Source: Prolixibacteraceae bacterium (GTDB lineage Bacteria > Bacteroidota > Bacteroidia > Bacteroidales > Prolixibacteraceae). From it: a DNA stretch of 64,000 bases. Positions 1-9,329 of the stretch are shown here, in pieces. Position numbers and translations under genes: made by a program. Position 1 is the stretch's first letter. Every line of letters begins with the position of its first letter. A model generated the notes under the pieces. It was not told the DNA's origin and did no database searches. It saw only the letters and a list, made by a program, of their open reading frames with translations. Location of the stretch: the NCBI GenBank assembly GCA_963663005.2, contig CAXXHH010000008.1, forward strand, positions 213,229 through 277,228. The letters run 5' to 3'.

Positions 1-1485
1 GTGAATGAGTCATTGGATGAATGGAACCGGATGTTAGGTAGAATCCAGGTGGAAGGCGGAACCAATGAACAACAAAGACGCTTTTACACGGATCTTTATC
101 ACTCCATTCTCGGTCGCAGAACGATCAGCGATTCAAACGGCGCGTACCCGGATAACACCGGAAGCAAATTTCAGGTGAAGCAAATTCCATGCGACACAAA
201 GGGAAAGCCCCTTTTCAATCAATACAATTCTGATGCTTTCTGGGGAGCCCAGTGGACATTGAACACCCTGTGGGATCTGGTATATCCCGAAATTGCAGAG
301 GAATTTGTTCATTCTCTGATGCAGTATTACAAAGATGGAGGGATGATCCCACGCGGTCCGGCCGGTGGCAATTATTCCTTCGTCATGACCGGCGCTTCTA
401 CCACCCCATTTATCGTGAGCGCCTTCCAGAAAGGGCTCGTTAAAGGCAATCTTGAAGAAATTTATGTCGCCTTGAAAAAGAATCACATGCTGGGCGGCAT
501 CATGGAAAGAGCTGGTTATGAGTTTAAAACCAGTGTCGGTGGCGGACTAAAATACTACATCGAAAAGGGTTACGTTCCCTATCCTATTCCTGAAAAAAAT
601 GACGGTTTTCACCAGGATGGAGCCGGGATGACCCTCGAATATGCTTACCAGGATTGGACTCTTGCCCAAATGGCAAAGGCGCTCGGACACACAGAAGATT
701 TCAACTATTTCATTAATCGCTCGAACAACTACAAAAATCTCTTCGATCCGGAAACGGGCTGGATCCGTCCAAAGAACTTAGCAGGAAAATGGAAGACACC
801 GTTCGATCCATATCAGGTTAACAACGGATTCATCGAAGCGAACAGCGCGCAGTCGACCTGGTTTGTGCCACAAGATCTGCCCGGACTTGCAAAATTGATG
901 GGAGGCAACGAAGCTGCAGTCAAAAAACTGACCCAGTCGTTCACCGAAGCCCAGGAACTTGGATTCACTTCCGGCAAATCACACGAGAAGGAGCTTCAGG
1001 AAAAATACAGCCGTATCCCGATCAATTACGGAAACGAACCTTCCATTCAGACGGCTTTCGTTTTCAATCTCCTTGGCAGACCGGATCTTTCGCAATATTG
1101 GTCGCGCGAGGTTGTCAACGCAGCTTTCAGCGGACTGTCACCATCAACTGGATATAATGGCGACGAAGACCAGGGGCTCATGGGAACACTGGCGGTATTG
1201 TACAAGATCGGACTGTTTCAGATGAATGGCGGCACAGAGGCCAATCCGCAGTATCAGCTTGGCAGTCCGCTGTTTGATAAAATTACCATCCAGCTCAATC
1301 CAAAGTACTATCCTGGTAAGTCGTTGACGATAAAAACTGTCGGCAACAGCGACAAAAACAGGTATATTCTTTCGGCCAACCTGAATGGGAAGAAAGTCAG
1401 TACCTCATCCCTCAGCCACCAGAATCTGGTGAATGGCGGCGAGTTGACGCTACAAATGGGCGCCAATCCCGGAAATAAGAAATAA
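1..1485 (+). CDS. GH92 family alpha-mannosidase, C-terminal 494 aa (5' end outside window)
   Basis: The ORF is open to the window edge. Conserved GH92 blocks are visible in the translation (RRFYTDLYH, YGNEPSIQTAF, NGDEDQGLMG). Confidence 0.85.
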   Translation: MNESLDEWNRMLGRIQVEGGTNEQQRRFYTDLYHSILGRRTISDSNGAYPDNTGSKFQVKQIPCDTKGKPLFNQYNSDAFWGAQWTLNTLWDLVYPEIAEEFVHSLMQYYKDGGMIPRGPAGGNYSFVMTGASTTPFIVSAFQKGLVKGNLEEIYVALKKNHMLGGIMERAGYEFKTSVGGGLKYYIEKGYVPYPIPEKNDGFHQDGAGMTLEYAYQDWTLAQMAKALGHTEDFNYFINRSNNYKNLFDPETGWIRPKNLAGKWKTPFDPYQVNNGFIEANSAQSTWFVPQDLPGLAKLMGGNEAAVKKLTQSFTEAQELGFTSGKSHEKELQEKYSRIPINYGNEPSIQTAFVFNLLGRPDLSQYWSREVVNAAFSGLSPSTGYNGDEDQGLMGTLAVLYKIGLFQMNGGTEANPQYQLGSPLFDKITIQLNPKYYPGKSLTIKTVGNSDKNRYILSANLNGKKVSTSSLSHQNLVNGGELTLQMGANPGNKK

Positions 1486-1513
1486 AAATTCTGTGGGTAT
1501 AGAAAAGGCAGAA

Positions 1514-1544
1514 TTGAGATTAACAGATCATTAATCTCAATTTT
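1514..1544 (+). terminator. Rho-independent terminator hairpin after the GH92 gene
   Basis: Perfect 10-bp stem TTGAGATTAA/TTAATCTCAA (1514-1523 / 1531-1540) with a 7-nt loop, followed by TTTT. It overlaps the last codons of the convergent gene. Confidence 0.5.
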
Positions 1545-1824
1545 GTCTCAGCCTGGCAATCCTTACCTCCAGCGATTTTTGATGCTCTTCATCGGTTGAA
1601 TTAGGATCTTTCATGGAAAGAAACAGCTCGCAGGGGAGTTCTTTGCATGCGCCACAACTCTTGTATCCTTTGTTATTTACGGAGCAGTCGTACATGGGGC
1701 ATACTCCATTAGTGGTCATTTCTTTCGCCCAAAACGGGGATCCTTTCACGTGAATGCATCCGGTACAGGTTTTGTTGAAAAATTCACATTCCTCACAATT
1801 TAGTCCACAGGCAGAAATTGTCAT
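1537..1824 (-). CDS. Small Cys-rich protein, DUF3795-like
   Basis: 95 aa from the ATG at 1824 (MTISACGLNCEECEFF..CTGC..CPMYDC..CGACKELPC). The dense Cys pattern is typical of DUF3795. The upstream part of the 176-aa track ORF has no coding support. Confidence 0.6.
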   Translation of the reverse strand: MTISACGLNCEECEFFNKTCTGCIHVKGSPFWAKEMTTNGVCPMYDCSVNNKGYKSCGACKELPCELFLSMKDPNSTDEEHQKSLEVRIARLRQN

Positions 1825-2076
1825 AGCTTTTGTTGTTTGTCCATTGTTTTGTAATTGCCGAAAGGAATCGAAGATCAGCCAAGCCGATTCCCAACTGTAC
1901 ATTTTCGGTTGGGGCGAAAGCTGGTCATAGGATTTCAACTTATAATGCAATTTACAATTTTGTTGATTACTTTCGAAGGAGATGTTCCGAAATATTTTAG
2001 GTATTTCCCCATAGTGAAAACTAATGGAAAAGTTTTGTCCCCTGGCTGAAATTAAATAAACTAACACATACGCTTT

Positions 2077-3357
2077 ATGGAAACAAATCGTCGTAAATTT
2101 CTAGGTTCTGCCCTGACGTGCGGACTGGCTGCTACACTGCCTGCCACATCCTTTGGGTCAAACCAATCATCCGCATCATTAAATCCGAACTATACAAAGT
2201 TGGATGAAATCCTTAATCAGCCAGTGTTTCGAAAGAAATTCTTTCCGGATCCCGTGATTATCGAGACGTTGGAATTGCTGCGATACAAAGGCAGTTTCAT
2301 TTGCAGGGTTAGATCGAAGGATGGGGCGGAAGGATATTCTGTGGGGCATGGCAGTCAGCTACGAGTCCAATATCCGATTTTTACAAATTTACTTCAGCCA
2401 TTTTTTATCGGCAAGGATGCGCGTGAACTGGATCTGATACTGGAACGGGTGTATGTATACAAATTAAATTTCCGGCTTAGCGGGATGGCGCTTGGCGTCC
2501 CGTTGGCGACTATCGAATTCGCTATTTTAGATATGATGGGCCGCATCGCCAAAAAACCGATTGGGGAGCTGATTGGTGATATCCACCATCCCCGGGTGGC
2601 CGTTTACCAGGCAACGGAATACCGCGAAAAATCGGTCGCCGAATCAATGGAGTTGATTACCAGGGATGTGAATGAATACAAAACCAAGGCGCTAAAGATA
2701 AAAGTCGGCGGACTAATGTTCGGCACCGAGGATCTGTATGCAAAAGGTCCGCTGAGAAGAACTGAAGAGATCGTTCCGCTGGTGCGTAAAACCTTTGGTG
2801 ATAAGATGACACTATACGCCGATTCAAACGGTTTCTATTCGGTGGAAGAAGCCATCCGCGTAGGTCATTTGCTGGAAAACTACAAATTTGAATTTTTTGA
2901 AGAGCCCATACCTTTCGACTGGTACGAAGAGACAAAACAAGTGGCCGATGCGCTTACAATTCCGATTGCCGGCGGAGAACAGGAATATAGTCTGCATGGT
3001 TTTCGGTGGTTACTGGCTAACGACGGACTACAAATTGTTCAGCCGGATTTCTACTATTTCGGCGGAATGATACGTTCCATGAAAGTGGCTCTTATGGCAA
3101 ATGCGATGGGGAAAAAATGTACTCCGCACATGTCGGGAGGTGATCTCGGATTTCTGTATATGATCCATTTTGTTTCGGCACTGCCGAATGCGCTGCCACA
3201 CCACGAATTCAAAGGACTAAAAACAGATATTAAATATTCTTGCAAAAGCTCACCGATGCTAGTCGAAGAGGGTGCGATCAAAGTCCCTACCGGACCAGGT
3301 TCCGGAATAGAACTTGATCCGGATTTTGTAAAGAATTTTCAGGTAGTGAAAAGTTAA
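2077..3357 (+). CDS. Enolase-superfamily enzyme (mandelate racemase/muconate lactonizing family) with twin-arginine signal peptide
   Basis: N-terminus [32 protein letters not shown] catalytic blocks are present: [33 protein letters not shown]. Confidence 0.85.
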   Translation: METNRRKFLGSALTCGLAATLPATSFGSNQSSASLNPNYTKLDEILNQPVFRKKFFPDPVIIETLELLRYKGSFICRVRSKDGAEGYSVGHGSQLRVQYPIFTNLLQPFFIGKDARELDLILERVYVYKLNFRLSGMALGVPLATIEFAILDMMGRIAKKPIGELIGDIHHPRVAVYQATEYREKSVAESMELITRDVNEYKTKALKIKVGGLMFGTEDLYAKGPLRRTEEIVPLVRKTFGDKMTLYADSNGFYSVEEAIRVGHLLENYKFEFFEEPIPFDWYEETKQVADALTIPIAGGEQEYSLHGFRWLLANDGLQIVQPDFYYFGGMIRSMKVALMANAMGKKCTPHMSGGDLGFLYMIHFVSALPNALPHHEFKGLKTDIKYSCKSSPMLVEEGAIKVPTGPGSGIELDPDFVKNFQVVKS

Positions 3358-3364
3358 CGCTCAC

Positions 3365-4093
3365 CTAATTCTTAATCACTCCATGGTGCCCCATCAAAAT
3401 ATATTTGAACGATTTAAGGTCGGGCAAGGCCTTTAGCGATTCAATCTGCAATGGGGTATCCATGTTAAATTTTTCCACAAAATGCTCCGCTTTACCATTA
3501 ACCACGACGAGATTATCGCCGGTAACCAGATAGTCATTGTTTACCACAAAACAGACCGAGCCTGGTGTATGACCTGGCGTATGAATTATCCTGATTTTTA
3601 GTCCGTCGACTGTCAGGGTATCATTGCTGTTGAAAAGAATATAGGGACCGTATTTCCACTTCGTTTTAAATGGCCCCATTTTGGCCGTCGTGCCATTAAT
3701 CATTTGCTCCTCATCCTTGTGCATATAGATCTTCGGATTTTTGAAAATTCCGATTGAACCTATATGATCCCCATCAGTATGAGTAAGCAGTATCGCCGAA
3801 ATTTGTTCGGGCGCAATACCAATCTTCTTCAGCTCTTCGCGGAAAGAGCTTTCACCAAATCCGGCATCAAACATCAGATAACTCTGCTTCCCCTTAAAAA
3901 TGAATGCATTGACAAATTTATCCTTTACACTGAAAACCGAATCGTTGATAGCGGCAGTCTCGGCCGGGGTCATACTTTTGGTGGCAGAAATGAAGTTGAT
4001 CAAAAAGACGGCACTGCCGATAACAACCAGTCCAATTAAAATTCCGAAACCCCACAATGAATATTTTACTAATTTTTTCATTTTGATGTTCAA
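3365..4093 (-). CDS. MBL-fold metallo-hydrolase, N-terminally membrane-anchored
   Basis: LTHTDGDHIG (HxHxDH) motif, HTPGHTPGS, and an N-terminal hydrophobic helix. The start could instead be the internal MKKLV. Confidence 0.8.
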   Translation of the reverse strand: MNIKMKKLVKYSLWGFGILIGLVVIGSAVFLINFISATKSMTPAETAAINDSVFSVKDKFVNAFIFKGKQSYLMFDAGFGESSFREELKKIGIAPEQISAILLTHTDGDHIGSIGIFKNPKIYMHKDEEQMINGTTAKMGPFKTKWKYGPYILFNSNDTLTVDGLKIRIIHTPGHTPGSVCFVVNNDYLVTGDNLVVVNGKAEHFVEKFNMDTPLQIESLKALPDLKSFKYILMGHHGVIKN

Positions 4094-4138
4094 AAAAGGT
4101 CAAGACTAAAAATACAAAAAATTTGTGGCAAGATTCCC

Positions 4139-5251
4139 CTACCTGAGTTTCACATCCAGCACAATGATCTCTGACTTCCCGACAGTTCGAACAGGAGGTC
4201 CCCACAACCGAATGCCACTCGTGACAAAAAAGTGTGTGTGATCGATTTTCTCATATCCCCAGGTAAGTCTGTACATCGTCCGGAGTATCAGATTGAGCGG
4301 AAATAATTGTCCATTGTGCGTATGACCGGATAACGAAATATCCACGGTAGTTTTGGATATCTGCTCCAGTTCGGTAGGGCGATGGTCCATCAGAATGACC
4401 GGCAATGAATCATTGACAGAATGCATCAGCTCTTCGACAGATTTTCTTTCTCTGTAGCGGCTATCCAGTCTTCCGGCAAGATTAAATGAACCGTCAACTA
4501 CCAGCGTGGAGTCTAGCAGCAGTTTCATCCCTGCTTTTGCAAAAAAGCGACCTCTTTTCGGTCCGCCGTAAAACTCATGATTTCCAAGAATCGCATAACT
4601 GCCATACTTTGGCTGAATTTTTTTGAGGATATTTTCAAAGTCAGTCATGTTTCCGTCATCCTTATCCCCTTCGATGATGTCGCCGCCAAAAAGCATCAAA
4701 TCCGGTTGGATCGTTTCGATTTTCTGCCTGAATTGCTCCACATAATCAGCCTCCACAGTCTGTTTAAGATGAAAATCTGCCACAAAGGCAATTTTCAGAT
4801 GGTCAATTTTTGATGACCTCCGCGGAATCTCCAGCTGGTATTCTGAAATGCGGATCGTATTCAAATTGATAGCCCCCGCAACTACTATGCCCGTGGCTAA
4901 AAGTACGATGCCTGTCATGCCGTAGACTTTGAATTTAAGACTCTCCCGTACGGAGACAGGTACAACCTTCACGAATCTGTTGACAAGCAACAAACAATCA
5001 AAGAGCAAAACGGAAAGAAACAGATAGAGGTAAAAAGGGAGCATATACCCCGAAACCGTAATCAGCATTCGGGTCAGGAAACCTGGATTCGGTCCGGAAA
5101 TAAGGTTGACAAACGGATAAAGTAAGGCAACCACCAGAAATACTAACGTGAAATATTTCCTATATCCTTTGTTGATAAAAAGCTTACTGAGACGGAAATA
5201 AGCATACACATTGGGAATCAGATATGCGAGGGCAAGAAGTAGATGAAACAT
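4139..5251 (-). CDS. Membrane-bound metallophosphoesterase (YkuE-like)
   Basis: Four N-terminal TM helices, then the calcineurin-like motifs VADFHL, GGDIIEGD, GNHEF, SGHTHNGQ. Confidence 0.8.
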   Translation of the reverse strand: MFHLLLALAYLIPNVYAYFRLSKLFINKGYRKYFTLVFLVVALLYPFVNLISGPNPGFLTRMLITVSGYMLPFYLYLFLSVLLFDCLLLVNRFVKVVPVSVRESLKFKVYGMTGIVLLATGIVVAGAINLNTIRISEYQLEIPRRSSKIDHLKIAFVADFHLKQTVEADYVEQFRQKIETIQPDLMLFGGDIIEGDKDDGNMTDFENILKKIQPKYGSYAILGNHEFYGGPKRGRFFAKAGMKLLLDSTLVVDGSFNLAGRLDSRYRERKSVEELMHSVNDSLPVILMDHRPTELEQISKTTVDISLSGHTHNGQLFPLNLILRTMYRLTWGYEKIDHTHFFVTSGIRLWGPPVRTVGKSEIIVLDVKLR

Positions 5252-5418
5252 AAAATGAAATTCAAATTTTGAGCGTAAATCAGGCTCGTTTATAGGTTAT
5301 TGACTTCTACGAAAAGTTATGTTCAGTTGTTCCGGGTGGCGGTTCAAATTGCATGTAAATTTTATTCGGTGATCCGGGAAAAATAAATAATTTTATCCAA
5401 CGTTAAAACCAACTAATC

Positions 5419-6096
5419 ATGTTAAAAAAGATGCTTTCTGCAGTTGTAATCCTGCTTTTAGTTACCGGATTACTTGCAGCAAAAGAAAAAGCTGTCTCCC
5501 TGAAAAAATTCAAGCAAACCGACATTGGAAATCCTGCCTTAAAAGGCTCATCGCAAGTTCAGGATAAAGGTATCCAAATTATTGCCGGAGGTGCAGATGT
5601 CTGGGGTGTAAAAGACGAATTTCATTTTTCCTGGCTGGAACAATCCGGCGATTTTGATCTGGTCGCCCGGGTCGAAAGCCTTACCGCGCCCCACATGTAC
5701 ACCAAAGCTGGTTTAATGGCACGCGAAGAACTGACAGACAATTGCCGCCACATCTTTTTTCAGGTATTCCCGGATAACAAACCGCGCAATAAAAATAACG
5801 GAGGATATGAATTTCAATTCCGGCAAGCAAAAGCCGGCGAGATGAAAGCGATCTATCCGGCAAAATTCGATGGGACACCCGAATTTCCTGCCAATTACCC
5901 AAATACCTGGATTCGTTTGAAACGTGCGGGAAATCTCTTCACAGGATTCTACAGTGCAGACGGTAAAACCTGGAAAATCTATACTTCCTATTCCCTCGAA
6001 CTTCCGCACAAAATTTATCTCGGATTAGCCGTTACCTCGCATAACACCAAAAGCACGGCTACATCGGTATTCAAGGATATTTCTTTTCTAAAATGA
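5419..6096 (+). CDS. Secreted concanavalin-A-like/LamG-type jelly-roll protein (DUF1349-like), function unknown
   Basis: Signal peptide followed by a beta-rich domain (GGADVWG..DEFHF..GDFDLVARV..KAGLMARE..GLAVTSHN). Its stop overlaps the sulfatase start (ATGA at 6093-6096). Confidence 0.5.
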   Translation: MLKKMLSAVVILLLVTGLLAAKEKAVSLKKFKQTDIGNPALKGSSQVQDKGIQIIAGGADVWGVKDEFHFSWLEQSGDFDLVARVESLTAPHMYTKAGLMAREELTDNCRHIFFQVFPDNKPRNKNNGGYEFQFRQAKAGEMKAIYPAKFDGTPEFPANYPNTWIRLKRAGNLFTGFYSADGKTWKIYTSYSLELPHKIYLGLAVTSHNTKSTATSVFKDISFLK

Positions 6097-7520
6097 GGAC
6101 GATAAAAACTGTGTTTTGGGGATTGGCGCAAATAGCCGGTCTCTCCGCTTTTGCCGAAAAACCGAACATCATTTACATTTTGGCTGATGATCTTGGTTAC
6201 GGCGATCTCAGCTGCTACGGACAGAAGCATTTTCAGACACCAAATATAGACCGGATGGCTAAAGAGGGAATGCTCTTTACCCAGCATTATGCCGGATGTA
6301 CCGTCAGCGCTCCTTCCCGCTCCTCCCTCATGACCGGTCTGAATACCGGCCATACTCCTATTCGTGGAAACAAAGAAGCTACCGAGGAAGGCCAATGGCC
6401 ACTTCCTGGTTCGACTGTCACCATACCCAAGCTACTCAAGGAAGCTGGTTATGTGACGGGAGGATTCGGGAAATGGGGACTTGGTTATCCGGGCTCGGAA
6501 GGTGATCCGAACAATCAGGGGTTCGACGAGTTTTACGGGTTTAACTGCCAGCGGATGGCCCATAACTATTATCCCGATCATCTTTGGGATAATCAGAAAA
6601 AGGTGATGCTGGAGGAAAACACCGGCGATAAATTTGGTCAATACGCTCCTGAGCTGATACACCAGCGCGCCATACAATTTATGGAGAAAAACAGGAACAG
6701 ACCCTTCTTCATGTTTTATCCAACCACGATCCCGCATGCCGAATTGATGGTGCCGAAGAAGTATATGGATAAGTTTAGGGGAAAATTCCTGCCCGAACAT
6801 TCATTCAAAGGAGCCGTACCCGGCGATAAAGGATTCAGAGTCGGATCGTATGGGACGCAACCTGAATCTCACGCCGCATTTGCTGCCATGGTTACTCTTC
6901 TCGATGAAAAAGTCGGTGAGCTGTTTGCCAAGCTAAAAGAGCTCGGATTGGATAAAAATACGATCGTGCTTTTCAGTTCCGACAATGGTCCGCATTTGGA
7001 AGGTGGCGCCGATCCCGATTATTTTGATAGCAATGGTCCATTCAAAGGCTACAAACGCGACCTGTATGAAGGAGGTATTCGCGAGCCCATGATTGCCTGG
7101 TGGCCCGGGAAGATTAAAGCCGGATCAACCTCCGACCTTATTTCTGCCTTCTGGGACGTGATGCCAACTTTGACGGATATTGCCGGCGTTAAATCACCGG
7201 AAAAACTGGACGGAATTTCTTTCCTTCCAACCCTTCTTGGTGAAAAAGGCCAGAAACAGCACGAAACGATGTACTGGGAATTTCATGAGCAAAATGGCAG
7301 ACAAGCGATTCGCAAAGGATCATGGAAACTGGTAAAATACAACGTGCTGATTCCTCAGAAGACGACTACCGAACTTTTCGACCTGAGCAAGGATCCTGGC
7401 GAAGAAAACGACCTGGCAAACAAATATCCCAACATCGTTAAGGAACTCTCTACGTTGATCGCAGGATCGAGAATTCCGTCAGACGTGTATAAATTTCAGC
7501 AGCAAACGGTGATTCAATAA
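6093..7520 (+). CDS. S1-family sulfatase (arylsulfatase-like), apparently Ser-type
   Basis: PNIIYILADDLGYGD, sulfatase signature CTVSAPSRSSLMTG (S-x-P-x-R), GKWGLG, SSDNGP. A signal peptide is present. Confidence 0.9.
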   Translation: MRTIKTVFWGLAQIAGLSAFAEKPNIIYILADDLGYGDLSCYGQKHFQTPNIDRMAKEGMLFTQHYAGCTVSAPSRSSLMTGLNTGHTPIRGNKEATEEGQWPLPGSTVTIPKLLKEAGYVTGGFGKWGLGYPGSEGDPNNQGFDEFYGFNCQRMAHNYYPDHLWDNQKKVMLEENTGDKFGQYAPELIHQRAIQFMEKNRNRPFFMFYPTTIPHAELMVPKKYMDKFRGKFLPEHSFKGAVPGDKGFRVGSYGTQPESHAAFAAMVTLLDEKVGELFAKLKELGLDKNTIVLFSSDNGPHLEGGADPDYFDSNGPFKGYKRDLYEGGIREPMIAWWPGKIKAGSTSDLISAFWDVMPTLTDIAGVKSPEKLDGISFLPTLLGEKGQKQHETMYWEFHEQNGRQAIRKGSWKLVKYNVLIPQKTTTELFDLSKDPGEENDLANKYPNIVKELSTLIAGSRIPSDVYKFQQQTVIQ

Positions 7521-7550
7521 CCAAAATTCATTTTTATTATTTGTGCACTC

Positions 7551-9326
7551 ATGAAAAAAGGTATAGTTTTTCTACTCTTGCTCACCATTTCGATTCAGTC
7601 AGCATTCTCGCAAAAGATTGTCAGCCAGGATCAAAGGATGCAGTGGTGGCGTGAGGCTCGTTTTGGTATGTTTATCCATTGGGGACTCTATTGCATTCCC
7701 GCCGGCGAATGGAAAGGAACTGAATATCCTCAGATCGGCGAATGGATCATGAAAAATGCAAAAATTCCGGTGCAGGAATACCGTGAATTAGCAAAGCAAT
7801 TTAACCCTGTGAAATTTAATGCCAAAGAGTTCGTGGCAACGGCAAAGAATGCTGGAATGAAATATATCACCATCACCTCCAAGCACCACGACGGTTTTGC
7901 GATGTTCAAATCGAATGCCTCCAAATACAATATTGTGGATGCGACACCTTATGGCAAAGATCTCATTAAAGCATTGGCAGAAGAATGTAAGTTACAAGGG
8001 CTGAAATTGTGTTTCTACTATTCTCAGTCGCGCGACTGGAACGAACCAAACGGTCTGGATAACGAATGGGATTTCCCAAAGGAACGCAACTTTCAATATT
8101 ACCTCGATGCGAAAGTTAAACCTCAGCTGACAGAATTACTACTGAATTATGGGCCAATCGGACTGATCTGGTTTGATACGCCAATGACCATTTCGAAAGA
8201 GCAGGCTCAAAGCCTGAAAGACCTGGTTCGCAGTCTGCAACCTGAATGCATCATCAGCGGCCGATTGGGCGGCGGAGTGGAGACAGATTACATGTCGACA
8301 GGTGATAATGTGATCCCTGCAACCGTCGTGCCCGGCGATTGGGAAGTGCCCGCAACCCTCAACAACACGTGGGGTTTCAAGAAGAACGACCACGAATGGA
8401 AATCTCCCGAAGCGCTTACCCGATTGCTCTTCGATATCGCCGCAAAGGGTGGAAACTACCTGCTCAATGTTGGACCTACCTCTGAAGGAGTTATCCCGAA
8501 AGAATCAGTAGATATTCTGGCAAAAGTTGGCGACTGGATGAAAATCAACCAGGATGCCATCTATGGGACACAAGCCAGTCCTTACAAAATTGAGTTCAAA
8601 TGGGGTAACATCACCCAAAAAGCCGGAAAACTATATCTCGGAATTTTCAACTGGCCAGAGAAAGATTTCTATCTCGAAGGATTGAAAACGAAAGTAAAGA
8701 AGATCTATCTGCTTGCCGACAAGCAACAAAAAGCTTTGCCTTTTAAAGAGATTTTCGATCCAAAAACAGATCATCACAGGATAAAAATTCAACTTCCAAA
8801 ACAAGCGCCCGACAAAATCGTTTCGGTGGTTGTCATCGAAATAGATGGTGCCGCAGAAGTTGAATCGGCTATCTGCCAACAGGCAAATAAAACCATCCTG
8901 CTACCCGGAATAGTGGCAACAGCTCAAAAAGAGGGCAAGCCGGCTAATCTTAAATTCACCGCACGAGGCGGAGGCGCCGACTGGATGGATAGCGCCGTCA
9001 CGCTTACCTGGAGTTTCAAAGTCGAGAAGGCAGGAAGCTACAAGGTCGACATCATCACCACCGAAACAGGCTCGCACGGAACACCCGTTTGGCAGGGTGG
9101 ACAAAGTATCAAAATTAAATGCGCAGGCCAGGAGATTTCGTCAACAATCAAAGACGAAAGCAGGGAATACAACCAACGCAGCCAATACTGGAAACTGATT
9201 CATTCGGGTGCTGGCAAGATAAAATTTGAAAAGCCCGGCACCTATGAACTGACACTGAGCCAACAAAATGTTACCGAAAACAAGATCGGATTTACCTTCA
9301 AAGAAATTAATCTTACCAATAATTAA
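7551..9326 (+). CDS. GH29 alpha-L-fucosidase with C-terminal beta-sandwich domain
   Basis: Signal peptide. WWREARFGMFIHWG and KYITITSKHHDGFAMFKS are typical of GH29. Confidence 0.9.
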   Translation: MKKGIVFLLLLTISIQSAFSQKIVSQDQRMQWWREARFGMFIHWGLYCIPAGEWKGTEYPQIGEWIMKNAKIPVQEYRELAKQFNPVKFNAKEFVATAKNAGMKYITITSKHHDGFAMFKSNASKYNIVDATPYGKDLIKALAEECKLQGLKLCFYYSQSRDWNEPNGLDNEWDFPKERNFQYYLDAKVKPQLTELLLNYGPIGLIWFDTPMTISKEQAQSLKDLVRSLQPECIISGRLGGGVETDYMSTGDNVIPATVVPGDWEVPATLNNTWGFKKNDHEWKSPEALTRLLFDIAAKGGNYLLNVGPTSEGVIPKESVDILAKVGDWMKINQDAIYGTQASPYKIEFKWGNITQKAGKLYLGIFNWPEKDFYLEGLKTKVKKIYLLADKQQKALPFKEIFDPKTDHHRIKIQLPKQAPDKIVSVVVIEIDGAAEVESAICQQANKTILLPGIVATAQKEGKPANLKFTARGGGADWMDSAVTLTWSFKVEKAGSYKVDIITTETGSHGTPVWQGGQSIKIKCAGQEISSTIKDESREYNQRSQYWKLIHSGAGKIKFEKPGTYELTLSQQNVTENKIGFTFKEINLTNN

Positions 9327-9329
9327 GTC

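Noticed and set aside
1825-2067. N-terminal 81-aa extension of the DUF3795 ORF
   Set aside because: The extension is low-complexity and not Cys-rich, and it overlaps the promoter region of the divergent enolase gene. The domain begins exactly at the internal ATG (1824).
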